Assembly (NCBI GenBank): GCA_030603385.1
Contig: JAUVXW010000014.1
Location: forward strand, 1-64,000
Source: Promethearchaeota archaeon
GTDB lineage: Archaea; Asgardarchaeota; Lokiarchaeia; Sigyniarchaeales; SOKP01
DNA length: 64,000 bases
Direction: 5' to 3'
Shown: positions 28,194 to 38,080 of the stretch, piece by piece
Position numbering within the stretch: the first letter of the stretch is position 1
How the letters are laid out: every line of letters begins with the position of its first letter
Made by a program: the position numbers and the translations under genes
The notes under the pieces: generated by a model
Database searches by the model: none
The model's input: only the letters and a program-made list of their open reading frames with translations
What the model was told of the DNA's origin: nothing

Positions 28194-28248
28194 ATTTTTC
28201 ACCTTTTTCAATATACTCTTGGATTACATCTGCTGAAATCCAACTATT
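28183..28248 (-). pseudogene. Possible C-terminal remnant of a DUF3368/PIN-type toxin gene
   Basis: Reads NSWISADVIQEYIEKGEKYGR*, overlapping the antitoxin start as in coupled TA operons; WIS resembles the DUF3368 C-terminus. Confidence 0.4.
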
Positions 28249-28437
28249 TTAATGAATATTACTTATTAATTCTTCGTGAAAGGTCTGCTAAAGTACGAGA
28301 AAGGTATAAATTTATACTTCTTAATAAAAGTTCATGAAATAATATCTTGATATTTATAACATATCGTGAAATCCACCTTTCACGATCAATTATCAATTAA
28401 TTATCATTGAAAAAAAGATTTACTATCAGACTCTTTT

Positions 28438-28941
28438 ATGTTAAATACGAGTGTCAAAAAATATATTATTATGGAAGACGAAAATATTGAGATTTTCAAA
28501 GACTTTGTAATAGGATTAAATAAAAGGAATAAACTTAAACAATGTACTAAATGTACAAGAACTTTTTCTATAACATCTGAATTTTTCTACAGAAATAGAA
28601 CTACTAAAGATGGTCTTGATTCTTGGTGTAAAGAATGTAAAAAGGAATATGATAAATATCATTATCAGTATAAAAGATATAACATAACAAAGGAGGATTA
28701 TGAGAATATGATGGAAGGGCAGAATGGGAAATGTCTCATATGTGGAAGGAATTTTGATAAAATATATTTTCCACAAAACACACATATTGATCACGATCAT
28801 AGGACAGGAAAAGTTAGAGGTCTTCTATGTAATAACTGCAACGTAATATTAGGGAATGCTTTTGATAATCCTCTCATTTTAATTAAGGCAATTAAATACT
28901 TACAAGAGAATAAGAAAAAAAGAAATAAAAAATCCATATAG
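28438..28941 (+). CDS. Endonuclease VII-family (HNH) protein with an N-terminal Zn finger
   Basis: CTKC...FY....KDGL.SWCKEC; YNIT..DY..M...Q.GKCLIC...HIDHDH.TGKVRGLLC..CN..LG...D. Confidence 0.9.
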   Translation: MLNTSVKKYIIMEDENIEIFKDFVIGLNKRNKLKQCTKCTRTFSITSEFFYRNRTTKDGLDSWCKECKKEYDKYHYQYKRYNITKEDYENMMEGQNGKCLICGRNFDKIYFPQNTHIDHDHRTGKVRGLLCNNCNVILGNAFDNPLILIKAIKYLQENKKKRNKKSI

Positions 28942-28968
28942 TCTGTTTCACGAACATATATATTTTTT

Positions 28969-29349
28969 TTATAAGTTTAAATATGATTTTACTATTTTAA
29001 TAGTAGTTTCAGCTAGATCTAATGCATCATTAGCAGATTTTTTATTGAAAACTTCAGCAGGTATTCCTTCTGGAAGTCCATTAGGGTATCTAGTCGGAAT
29101 ATAATAACTATCTAAGATAGATACATCTTCGCCTAATTTTGTAAACTTTTTATCGAAAGTACCAGCCCAATCTGCTAATTTCTTAACTGAATGTCCTAGA
29201 ACAAGATCCTCTTTATTAAAATAAATTACAGATTTTAAAGCTTTTTCAACAATTTGTTGAGATATAAAACAAACAAGATAATAGCGTTCATTTTCAAATA
29301 GAATTTAGAATCTATTTGCTTCCTTAGAATATTTACTTATTTCGCTCAT
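28969..29349 (-). pseudogene. HEPN domain toxin, disrupted (TAA at codon 15, short deletion)
   Basis: MSEISKYSKEANRF*ILFENERYYLVCFISQQIVEKALKS...GHSV..L...LDSYYIPTRYPNGLP...; stop at 29305-29307. Not in the ORF track. Confidence 0.88.
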
Positions 29350-29680
29350 AAATGACCTTTCCTTCTTTTAATATATGTTGAATAAATAAATTTTCTCCTG
29401 CCATGCGTTTAAACTCAATTGGGGTATAGATGAGTAAATCAATTTCTTTAGGTTTTACTTTTTTATAAATTTCTGCTGATCTTTCTATAAAGTCTAGCTT
29501 AGATTCAATTATTATAATTAAATCAATATCACTTGTTAAACTTAATTCCTCTCTAACAGATGATCCAAATTGAATAATTTTTAAAGCGCCCAATTTAATT
29601 AATTCAGAGATGACACGGTTTAATTCTTGTTTTAGCTCTTTTAAATGCTTTTTCTTAAGCATTTTAACTTTTTGGATCAT
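29333..29680 (-). CDS. Minimal nucleotidyltransferase (MNT) antitoxin
   Basis: FGSSVR....TSDIDLIII, DLLIYTP.EF, EGKVIYE. Confidence 0.9.
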   Translation of the reverse strand: MIQKVKMLKKKHLKELKQELNRVISELIKLGALKIIQFGSSVREELSLTSDIDLIIIIESKLDFIERSAEIYKKVKPKEIDLLIYTPIEFKRMAGENLFIQHILKEGKVIYERNK

Positions 29681-29801
29681 TATTGTATAAATATTTATTA
29701 GTCTTATTAAATTAAATGTAAGAATTCTAAATCATAAAGGTTCTAAATATAAATACTATTGCATGATATAGAAATTCACATCTAATCAAAATAATTTTAT
29801 G

Positions 29802-29844
29802 CGGGAAAAATTAAAATAATCTGAATTATTTTAAACGGGAAAAA
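29802..29844. promoter_or_regulatory. Candidate operator upstream of gabT
   Basis: Perfect inverted repeat TTAAAATAAT-CTGA-ATTATTTTAA (29811-29834) flanked by two CGGGAAAAA direct repeats (29802-29810, 29836-29844). Confidence 0.45.
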
Positions 29845-29865
29845 ATTATAAAAGGAGTAGAAATC

Positions 29866-31128
29866 ATGAAAAAGAATGAAAATCTGCTTGAATTAAGAAA
29901 ACAATATGTCCCAAAGGCTGTTTACAATACTTTTCCATCCTTTATCAGTCAAGCAAATGGTGCTAAAATGACTGATATAGAGGGTTATGAAATGATTGAT
30001 TTTGCAGGGGGCATAGCTACAGTCAATGTAGGTCATTGTCATCCCAAAGTTGTAAGTGCTATTAAAGATCAGGCTGAAAAGTACATCCATACATGCTTTC
30101 ATGTAGCAATGTATGAACCATATATAGAGTTAGCACAAAGACTTTGTGAAATTGCACCTGGGGATTTCCCTAAAATGGCTTTTTTTGCAAATAGTGGTGC
30201 TGAAGCTGTAGAAAATGCAATAAAAATTGCCAGATATTACACAAAACGTTCGGGTATAATTACTTTTGAAAATGCTTTCCACGGAAGGACACTTATGGGG
30301 ATGAGTCTAACAAGTAAAGTAAAACCATACAAATTAGGTTTTGGACCATTTGCTCCGGAGATTTATCGAATACCATTTGGTGATGCTAATTTATTCGAAA
30401 CATTTCTTATAAACCACATTGCACCAGAATCCGTTGCAGCGATCATTGCAGAACCCGTTCAAGGTGAAGGTGGATTTATAACTCCCCCTCCAGAATTTTT
30501 CCCTAAGATTATCGAGATTTGTAAAGAAAATGGAATACTGTTTATTGCTGACGAAATTCAATCCGGGATGGGACGAACGGGAAAGATGTTCGCAATTGAA
30601 CATTGGGATGTTGTACCTGATATTATTCTTCTAGCAAAGAGCTTAGCAGCAGGCTTACCTTTAAGTGCAATAATAGGACGGAAAGAAATTATGGATTCTC
30701 CTCACATTGGTGGGTTAGGAGGAACATTTGGTGGCAATCCCGTTGCTTGTAGAGCAGCTTTAGCCGTGTTAGACATATTTAAAGAGGAAAATTTATTACA
30801 TAAAGCTGAAATTTTAGGACAAAAATTAAATAAGCAAATTAAGACCTGGCAGAAAAATTTTGAAATTGTTGGAAACATTCATGGTATTGGATCAATGCTC
30901 GCCTTTGAGATAGTAGATACAAAGTCAAAAAAACCCGCAAAGGATAAAGCTAAGGAATTAATCGACTTATGCTATAAGAAGGGTTTAATAATTCTTACTT
31001 GTGGAAAATATGGAAACACTATAAGGTTGCTGATGCCCCTTGTAATAAATAATGATGAATTAGATAAAGGTCTTAAAATACTTGAAGAAAACCTTCAAAT
31101 TTTAGAAAATAGGAGTTTGGAAATGTAA
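29866..31128 (+). CDS. gabT: 4-aminobutyrate aminotransferase (class III PLP)
   Basis: IDFAGGIA, NSGAEAVENAIKIAR, AFHGRT, EPVQGEGGF, ADEIQSGMGRTG, AKSLAAG; AGGAG Shine-Dalgarno. Confidence 0.88.
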   Translation: MKKNENLLELRKQYVPKAVYNTFPSFISQANGAKMTDIEGYEMIDFAGGIATVNVGHCHPKVVSAIKDQAEKYIHTCFHVAMYEPYIELAQRLCEIAPGDFPKMAFFANSGAEAVENAIKIARYYTKRSGIITFENAFHGRTLMGMSLTSKVKPYKLGFGPFAPEIYRIPFGDANLFETFLINHIAPESVAAIIAEPVQGEGGFITPPPEFFPKIIEICKENGILFIADEIQSGMGRTGKMFAIEHWDVVPDIILLAKSLAAGLPLSAIIGRKEIMDSPHIGGLGGTFGGNPVACRAALAVLDIFKEENLLHKAEILGQKLNKQIKTWQKNFEIVGNIHGIGSMLAFEIVDTKSKKPAKDKAKELIDLCYKKGLIILTCGKYGNTIRLLMPLVINNDELDKGLKILEENLQILENRSLEM

Positions 31129-31135
31129 TAACTCT

Positions 31136-32422
31136 TTATTCTACACCACACCAATCCATTATTGTACCAATTATTATCTCGGTTGTTTTTACGGTTGATT
31201 TAATGGAAACTCGTTCATCAATTGAATGAATTTTTTCTGCTAACGGTCCGAATGAAACTGCAGGGATACCGTTATATACAAAAAATCGAGCATCCAATCC
31301 AGATGATCCTCCGATATATATTGGTTTGATACCAGAAAATTCTTGAATTTTTTTATCTATCAGTTGTACGAAAGGATCTTCAGGATTTTGTTCATGAGGT
31401 CTTGCTTTCCACCCAAACCACTCAATTTTTGGGGGGTGATCTTTCAACCATCTATCTTTATTCGCGATATTTTGGATAGTTCTCTCAATTTGACTCATAA
31501 CAATTTCTCGGGTCTCACCAGGAGGAAAACCTATTCGACACTCGAGAATACACAAGGCTGGTACTGTTGAAGGCCAATCTCCCGCTTTTATGACTCCAAT
31601 GTTAAGTGTCGTTGCTTTCCCCTTCATGCGTGGATCTACTTCTGCATATTTATAACTGATTGTGCTCTGTCTTTCAATGTTTAGGGATGTAAGGGCTTCA
31701 ATTATCGGCACCATTTTTACAATAGCATTCACACCATAATGTGCTGTTGCTGCATGTGCCGGAACACCAGTAACAATAACACGAAAATACATAACCCCTG
31801 CACTAGCGATACTTATAGCATATCCACCCGGTTCAGGAATTATAGCGGCATCTGTCTTTGGCTGAGTTAGACGCATATATAAATTCCCTCCTATACCGCC
31901 ATCTTCTTCATCAATAGTTGTTTCTATAAGCACATCACCCTTTAACTGAGTTTTTGTTTCTTTAAGTGCTTGAAGAGCAAAAATCATGGATGCAACTCCT
32001 GCTTTCATATCTCCAGCACCCCGTCCATATATGAAATCACCGTCTATTTCACCACTCCATGGATTACGACTCCAATGTTCTACGGGTTCTGGACTCACTA
32101 CATCAACATGTCCACTAAGGCAAATAGATCGACCATTTCCAGTTCCTTTAAGGATTCCTGCTACATTGGGACGATCCTTATAACCATATTTAGTAAAGGA
32201 CGTTGTTTCAAAATAATCATCACTTTTTCGTAAGATTTCAATATTAGGATAGATCAATTTAGGTTTAAGATCTAATTCTGTAAGCTTTTTATATATGAAT
32301 TTTTGGATTTCTCCTTCTTCCCCAGAAATACTAGGGATCCGAACTAGATCTTGAATAAATTTTACAAGCTTATCCTGATTATTTCGAATCCAAGTTATCG
32401 GAGTTGGTTCTTCTGAATTCAT
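31136..32422 (-). CDS. ArgE/DapE-family M20 deacylase
   Basis: SGHVDVV, GRGAGDMKAG, DEE, PEP, H..DE metal ligands. Confidence 0.9.
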   Translation of the reverse strand: MNSEEPTPITWIRNNQDKLVKFIQDLVRIPSISGEEGEIQKFIYKKLTELDLKPKLIYPNIEILRKSDDYFETTSFTKYGYKDRPNVAGILKGTGNGRSICLSGHVDVVSPEPVEHWSRNPWSGEIDGDFIYGRGAGDMKAGVASMIFALQALKETKTQLKGDVLIETTIDEEDGGIGGNLYMRLTQPKTDAAIIPEPGGYAISIASAGVMYFRVIVTGVPAHAATAHYGVNAIVKMVPIIEALTSLNIERQSTISYKYAEVDPRMKGKATTLNIGVIKAGDWPSTVPALCILECRIGFPPGETREIVMSQIERTIQNIANKDRWLKDHPPKIEWFGWKARPHEQNPEDPFVQLIDKKIQEFSGIKPIYIGGSSGLDARFFVYNGIPAVSFGPLAEKIHSIDERVSIKSTVKTTEIIIGTIMDWCGVE

Positions 32423-32471
32423 TTAATTACTTTCCTTTTTTTATCATATTTATTTTTATTAATATTTAAAA

Positions 32472-33095
32472 TTAATTCTTGGGATCTCTTAACATTGACC
32501 AATTTGTTATTCCTGTACTCTCAATTTCAAATTCTTTCATAACATTAAATCCAAAATTTTGATAATACAAAACATTGCTTTTCTTATTTGTATCTAAGTA
32601 ACATTTAAGATTATTCTCATCTAAATATTCTATCATGGGGAGTAGAAGCTTTCTACCAAAACCCTTTCTTTGAAATTTTGGATCCACCGCTATAACCATG
32701 AGATAAATATGAGGTTCTTTTATAAGTTGTTCATGGATATCATTGGCATAAGAAGTGACTGATAATCTTTCGAGATATTTCTGACCTAACACATAGAAAA
32801 AAACTTCATCACCGCATTCTTTAGAGCGTTCTGGCGTGATATATGCAAATTCTGAGGGGACCCATAACGTTATACCTTCCAAATTAGGTGAAGATGCATA
32901 AACTACTCCAAATTGAAGACAGTACCAAATATAGGCTTTGAATAAGTATGGAAGATATTTTTTTCTCTCAGATTCATCGGGAATAATATATACATGTAAT
33001 GGATCATCATGAAATGCTCGTGAAATAATTTCTGCAGCTTTATTTAAAGGTATATACTTTAACTGATATAGGTCTCGGAGATTTTTCATTTTCAA
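32472..33095 (-). CDS. GNAT-family N-acetyltransferase
   Basis: AF.DDPL, YL..IAVDPKFQRKGFGRKLL, YLDT....NV.YY...GF. Confidence 0.9.
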   Translation of the reverse strand: MKMKNLRDLYQLKYIPLNKAAEIISRAFHDDPLHVYIIPDESERKKYLPYLFKAYIWYCLQFGVVYASSPNLEGITLWVPSEFAYITPERSKECGDEVFFYVLGQKYLERLSVTSYANDIHEQLIKEPHIYLMVIAVDPKFQRKGFGRKLLLPMIEYLDENNLKCYLDTNKKSNVLYYQNFGFNVMKEFEIESTGITNWSMLRDPKN

Positions 33096-33298
33096 TACCA
33101 GTTTTTAAAATTTATTGAAAAGAGATAAAACAAATCTAATTCTCTTAGAAATAATTAAATATAAAACGTAATCCATAAATTAAATGTGTTATTGTTGATC
33201 AGATTCTGGTATAAATACATAAAAAGGACTTGAATGAATATTAAAGATTTTTTGATTCCATTCAATAAACTTAATTTTGAAATTATATTATTACACGC

Positions 33299-34687
33299 GT
33301 GGAACAGATAAATTACTTTGAAAAATTATTCTATCCTAAAACTATAGCCTTTATTGGTGCTTCAAAGAAGAGAGAGTGGCAGTTAAAAGGTTTGGTTGAT
33401 CGAGGGTTCACTGGAAAGTTATACTTTGTTTCCAAAGGAAGTGATAAGATATTTGATATAGATTGTTTTAAGGACGTGTCTGAACTTCCTAATGGTATTG
33501 ATCACGCAATAATTGCTGTAAATCGAAACCAATTAGTCGATATTGTGAAAAAATGTATCAATAAAAAGTTTGCAACAATTCATATATTTTCCGCGGGAAC
33601 AGGTGAATTTGATGAAGAGGGAAAACAAATTGAAGATGAAATATTCCATTTACTAAAAAACAGTTCTACTAAGGCTATTGGACCTAATTGTATGGGATTA
33701 TATTCTACTGGTGGTCGATTTTCATTTAACGCTTCTTTTAAAGCAGATCCTATTGGCAATGTAGCATTTATTTCACAATCCGGTGACCTAACAGAAAGGT
33801 TTGTGGGAAGTTTAAATTATCTTGGTGTTAATTTTTCATGGGCAGCAAGCATTGGCAATTCTATATCGTTAAACGTGACAGATCTTATTCGATATTTCAA
33901 TGAAGACGATAAAACTGAGATATTAGCTATCTATCTTGAGGGATTTTCAAGATATCATAATAAAGAAGGAAGAAGGTTGTACAATGAGTTAAAAAAGGCA
34001 AGGAAACCAGTAATATTCTTAAGAAGTGGAAAGACTGTGGCAGGAAAGAGATCTGCAGAATCACATACAGGAAGTTTGACCACTTCAAATCAAATTTGGA
34101 ATGCTGTTTTCACTCAAACGAGTGGTATTAAAGTTCGTACATTTGAGGAATTAACTGATACAACACTAGCATTTTATTATTGCAAGGATATGTTACCCCG
34201 CGAAAAAGGCATACTGCTAATGACATGGTCAGGTGGAAATGCCACAATAGCTACGGATTTAATAACTCAACTTGGAGCTACCATCCCTGAATTTAGTGCA
34301 GCAACAAAGGCAGAATTGAAAAAATTAATTAGATTTGGGGGTGTTGTGAATCCATTAGACTTGCCATGGAAAAATTTTTCAGATGAATATTCGAATATCG
34401 CAAAAATTGCAATTAAAGAACCATATATAGGCGGCGTCTTTGCAGAAACATACCAACCTTGGGATAAAAATACGTTTGAAAATTACTTTGAAAATTTAGA
34501 GTTTCTTAAAAATTTGTGCCACGAACATGGGAAGCCATTTTTTCTTTCTTTACCTCTAGCTGGCTTTCAGGGTAGAGAAAAATATAGAAGGAAAATTGTA
34601 GAAATGGGGGTGCCAATTTTTCCTAGTTTTGAAAGAGCAGCTAAAGCATTCCTTAATTTATATAATTATGGGGAAAAATTAGATTGA
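33299..34687 (+). CDS. ADP-forming acyl-CoA synthetase alpha subunit (CoA-binding)
   Basis: P.TIAFIGAS, IGPNCMG, SQSG, S.GN, SHTGSL phospho-His motif, NPLDL. Confidence 0.88.
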   Translation: MEQINYFEKLFYPKTIAFIGASKKREWQLKGLVDRGFTGKLYFVSKGSDKIFDIDCFKDVSELPNGIDHAIIAVNRNQLVDIVKKCINKKFATIHIFSAGTGEFDEEGKQIEDEIFHLLKNSSTKAIGPNCMGLYSTGGRFSFNASFKADPIGNVAFISQSGDLTERFVGSLNYLGVNFSWAASIGNSISLNVTDLIRYFNEDDKTEILAIYLEGFSRYHNKEGRRLYNELKKARKPVIFLRSGKTVAGKRSAESHTGSLTTSNQIWNAVFTQTSGIKVRTFEELTDTTLAFYYCKDMLPREKGILLMTWSGGNATIATDLITQLGATIPEFSAATKAELKKLIRFGGVVNPLDLPWKNFSDEYSNIAKIAIKEPYIGGVFAETYQPWDKNTFENYFENLEFLKNLCHEHGKPFFLSLPLAGFQGREKYRRKIVEMGVPIFPSFERAAKAFLNLYNYGEKLD

Positions 34688-34706
34688 AAAAAACATACAC
34701 TACGAT

Positions 34707-35138
34707 TTATCTCTCTCTAATTATTTCTAATTCTTCTTCAGATTCAGCAATTCCCTTTAAGATACAATTTTTACTACTAAAATTGTCAAAATTAAGTTTA
34801 CTATCATTTATAATTATACAATTATCTAATTTGAAATTCTTTCCAATTTTTACATTATCAAATATTATAGAATTCGAGATCTCTGCATAATCCTCGATTA
34901 CAGAATCATTTCCGATATAAACCTTCGGTCCGATGAGTACATCATCACCGATTTTAACTTTATCTCCAAGAATAACCGGTTCCATGAAAGTAGGATAATC
35001 TCCTATATAATTTTCAATTTTTAATCCTTTAACATGATTTTTTAGAATTTCAGTCTTTAGTTCTTGGATCTTTAATAAATCGAAATCTTTTTCATTAAGC
35101 AGTTGCTCTAATTGTTTTAATAGTTCTTTCATTCTCAT
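34707..35138 (-). CDS. Left-handed beta-helix (hexapeptide repeat) protein
   Basis: PVILGDKVKIGDDVLIGPKVYIGNDSVIED..ISNSIIFDNVKIG repeats. Confidence 0.8.
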   Translation of the reverse strand: MRMKELLKQLEQLLNEKDFDLLKIQELKTEILKNHVKGLKIENYIGDYPTFMEPVILGDKVKIGDDVLIGPKVYIGNDSVIEDYAEISNSIIFDNVKIGKNFKLDNCIIINDSKLNFDNFSSKNCILKGIAESEEELEIIRER

Positions 35139-35154
35139 TCATCTAAAATATGAA

Positions 35155-35871
35155 TTATAATTCTAATATATCAATCAATTTATCAATATTTTTACCAGTT
35201 TTTGCACTGGTAGTAATAACCTCTATGTCTGGATTAATTTCTTTTGCATCTTTTAGCATTTTTTGAACATTCGTTCCTAATCTCTCAGCTAAATCAATTT
35301 TATTAATAACTGCTACTTGAGACATCTTGAAAAGCATGGGGTGTTTTTCTATAACCCATTCTCCTTCAGTTGTAGAAACTACAGTAATTCGAGTATCAGT
35401 ACCAAGAGTGAATTCTGAAGGACAAATCAAATTTCCTACGTTTTCGATAAAAAGTAAATCGTAATCATCTAAATCTTTATTTTCAATAATCTTGTGTATG
35501 TGATAAGCATTTAACGCACATTCTCGACCAGTATTAATTTGAATACTTTCAGCATTATGCGCTTGAATTCGATCAGCATCTAGTCTAGTAGTTATATCAC
35601 CACAAATTACTAAAATCCTATATTTTTCTGATAAAATTTCTACTATTTTTTCAATTAACGCAGTTTTACCCGCTCCAATAGCACCAACGATATCTACTGA
35701 TTTAATCTTATGTTCCTTCAATTCTTCATTATTCTGTCGAGCTAAAAGCTCATTGTCTTCTTTTACTTTCATTTTAGTTTGAACTACATCATCTCTGATA
35801 TCATCAGTAGCCAAATTGATGCTTTCCAGTTCTTTAATCCGTTGTATATCCTTTTTTCTTTTTTCTGACAT
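35155..35871 (-). CDS. hypB: Hydrogenase nickel incorporation GTPase
   Basis: GAGKTALIE, DA.RI, QINTG.EC, ENVGNLICP, KHP..F, NKIDL, TSAKTG. Confidence 0.92.
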   Translation of the reverse strand: MSEKRKKDIQRIKELESINLATDDIRDDVVQTKMKVKEDNELLARQNNEELKEHKIKSVDIVGAIGAGKTALIEKIVEILSEKYRILVICGDITTRLDADRIQAHNAESIQINTGRECALNAYHIHKIIENKDLDDYDLLFIENVGNLICPSEFTLGTDTRITVVSTTEGEWVIEKHPMLFKMSQVAVINKIDLAERLGTNVQKMLKDAKEINPDIEVITTSAKTGKNIDKLIDILEL

Positions 35872-35936
35872 TGTGATAGTAAATAAAAAATAAGACTATA
35901 AGGATTACTTTTTTAAATTAAAAATAGAAAAAAAAC

Positions 35937-36779
35937 TTATTGGCTCTTATAATTATAAAAACCTTTTCCAGATTTTACTCCTAATTCTCCCCTTTCAACC
36001 ATTTCTTTTAGAGCATCTGGTGGCTTATCATCAGGGTAACCGCTATTTTTAAAATAGGACATTTCAATATCGTAAACTACATCTAATCCTATTCGATCCA
36101 TGAACTGAAAAGGGCCATAATCGCTTTTGGAAAAGAATTGGCAAAATAATTTCCATCCTTTATCAACAGTTTCAATATCTGCATGACCACCTGCCCAAAT
36201 CTTCAGACAATCCTTTTTAATCGCTCTCCATATCCTATTCATGACAAAGCCATAACACTCTTTCTTAACTTCAAGAGGTGTGATATCAATGCTTTCTAAC
36301 CAATTCCTCCCTTTATCGAATGTTTCCTCACTTGTCTGATTTCCACGCATAATATCTGCTACTGGTAGCCTAAAAAGATCGTAAAAATGAATATTTAAAA
36401 CTTTATCTTTTCGATCTACTACATCTTCAATTTTTGAGATTGGTATTGAAGAACTATTTGTTGCAATTATTGTGTTGGGTGAAGCTGCTTTATCTATCTT
36501 TGAAAAAACTTCTCGCTTTAACTCAAGTTTTTCTGTTACAGCTTCAATCACAAGATCTACATCTTTAACAGCTTCAGCAATAGTATAATGTTGAGTGATT
36601 GTCGCATTCAAATTTTCTTCTTTTATTTTTCCTCTCATTTTTTCTGTAAATGCACTTAAATCTTCTTGATTAGTATCAAAAGCTTTGATGTCATAATTAT
36701 ATAAAAGAGATTTCTCAATGATTTGTTTACCCAAATAACCCGTCCCTATTATAGAAATTGTATTTAGTTTCCTACCCAT
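35937..36779 (-). CDS. 3-hydroxyacyl-CoA dehydrogenase family protein
   Basis: GTGYLG, IEAVTEKLELK, TNSSS, HF, GPFQFMD.IGLD, GELGVKSGKGFY. Confidence 0.9.
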   Translation of the reverse strand: MGRKLNTISIIGTGYLGKQIIEKSLLYNYDIKAFDTNQEDLSAFTEKMRGKIKEENLNATITQHYTIAEAVKDVDLVIEAVTEKLELKREVFSKIDKAASPNTIIATNSSSIPISKIEDVVDRKDKVLNIHFYDLFRLPVADIMRGNQTSEETFDKGRNWLESIDITPLEVKKECYGFVMNRIWRAIKKDCLKIWAGGHADIETVDKGWKLFCQFFSKSDYGPFQFMDRIGLDVVYDIEMSYFKNSGYPDDKPPDALKEMVERGELGVKSGKGFYNYKSQ

Positions 36780-36879
36780 ATCTAATCATTTTGCATTATT
36801 GAAGAGAATAATTATTTTTATGAATAATAGTAAATTAATCTAATCCTATATACGAAAATCGATTCTTTATCTAGGTATT

Positions 36880-37851
36880 TTGAAAATGGAAGCAAGAAAC
36901 ATTAAAAAAATTACGGTACTTGGAGCAGGTGTTATTGGAAACAGTTGGGTTGCGAATTTTATATGGAAGGGATATCCAGTGAATTTGTGGCTCTATTCCG
37001 CTGAGGAAGAAATAACTGCAAAACAAGTAGTCCAAGGCCATCTTGAAGGTTTAGTAATAAACGGGATTTTGGGAGAAGAAGAAATTCCAAAGATGATGAA
37101 ATTAATAAATTTTACGACTTCACTTGAAATTGCTGTTAAAGATGCTCAATTAATTATAGAGGCAATAATTGAAGATTTAACTATAAAACAGAAATGTCTT
37201 GCAGAAATTGATAAATATGCGGATACAGAAGCTATATATGCTAGTAGTACATCATATAAGTTAATTAGTGATATCGCAAAATTTTCGCAATTTTCAAAAA
37301 GGTGTATTGGAGCTCATCCGTATAACCCACCACACCTTATCCCATTAGTTGAAATAACTATACCAGAAGGAGAAAGGGGATCAAAAAAAACAGCCAAAAT
37401 TGCTGCTGATTTTTTTGAGTTGATAAATAAAGTGCCAGTTATTCTGAAAAAAGATGTTTCAGGTTTTATAGCAAACCAAATTCAGAGTGTGGTAAGTACT
37501 AAATGTGAAGAATTACTTGCAAATGGGGTATGCACGGCAGAAGATATTGATAAGGCTGTTAGTTTTGGTCCAGGTTTGCGGTGGGCTATTGTTGGACCAT
37601 ATTTAATTGCTCAATTAGGTGGAGGAGAAGGTGGTATTAAAGGAATCACGCTACATATCGGAAAAGCAAACTTAGAAGATGCTAATGAGCAAGCGATTAA
37701 AGAATTGGAACAGTATGCTGATTTTATCCAAGAAGAAGTAAATAAAGAGATGGCAAATCGTCCCCCGGAATTTGGGAATGATAATAAATCTTTAAGAAAA
37801 TTTAGAGATAAAGTTTTGATTAAGTTATTAAAAGCACATAAGAAAATATAA
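36880..37851 (+). CDS. 3-hydroxyacyl-CoA dehydrogenase family protein (carnitine dehydrogenase / lambda-crystallin-like)
   Basis: GAGVIGNSW, ASSTS, AHPYNPPHLIPLVEI, GFIAN, GPGLRWA..GP. Confidence 0.88.
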   Translation: MKMEARNIKKITVLGAGVIGNSWVANFIWKGYPVNLWLYSAEEEITAKQVVQGHLEGLVINGILGEEEIPKMMKLINFTTSLEIAVKDAQLIIEAIIEDLTIKQKCLAEIDKYADTEAIYASSTSYKLISDIAKFSQFSKRCIGAHPYNPPHLIPLVEITIPEGERGSKKTAKIAADFFELINKVPVILKKDVSGFIANQIQSVVSTKCEELLANGVCTAEDIDKAVSFGPGLRWAIVGPYLIAQLGGGEGGIKGITLHIGKANLEDANEQAIKELEQYADFIQEEVNKEMANRPPEFGNDNKSLRKFRDKVLIKLLKAHKKI

Positions 37852-38080
37852 TTGTAAATTAGGAACAGGTCCTAAATTCTCAAGTTTTAGAATTCTTTCC
37901 CCTTTTATCGTATTTTAAAGAAAAAAATTGATATTTGTGTGGAACTTAATTTTAATAAATAATTAGCATTTCTGAAATTTTTTTATTTGGTATTTATTAA
38001 TGACCTTAACTAATATCTATATTAACAACTTTATTAGAGATCTAAAAAAAATTAAAAAAATTAAAGAGAGTAGATTATCT

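Noticed and set aside
29866-33095. gabT-ArgE-GNAT as an N-acetyl-beta-lysine osmolyte module linked to kamA
   Set aside because: The GNAT does not resemble AblB by eye, gabT is convergent with the other two genes, and the cluster is 20 kb from kamA.
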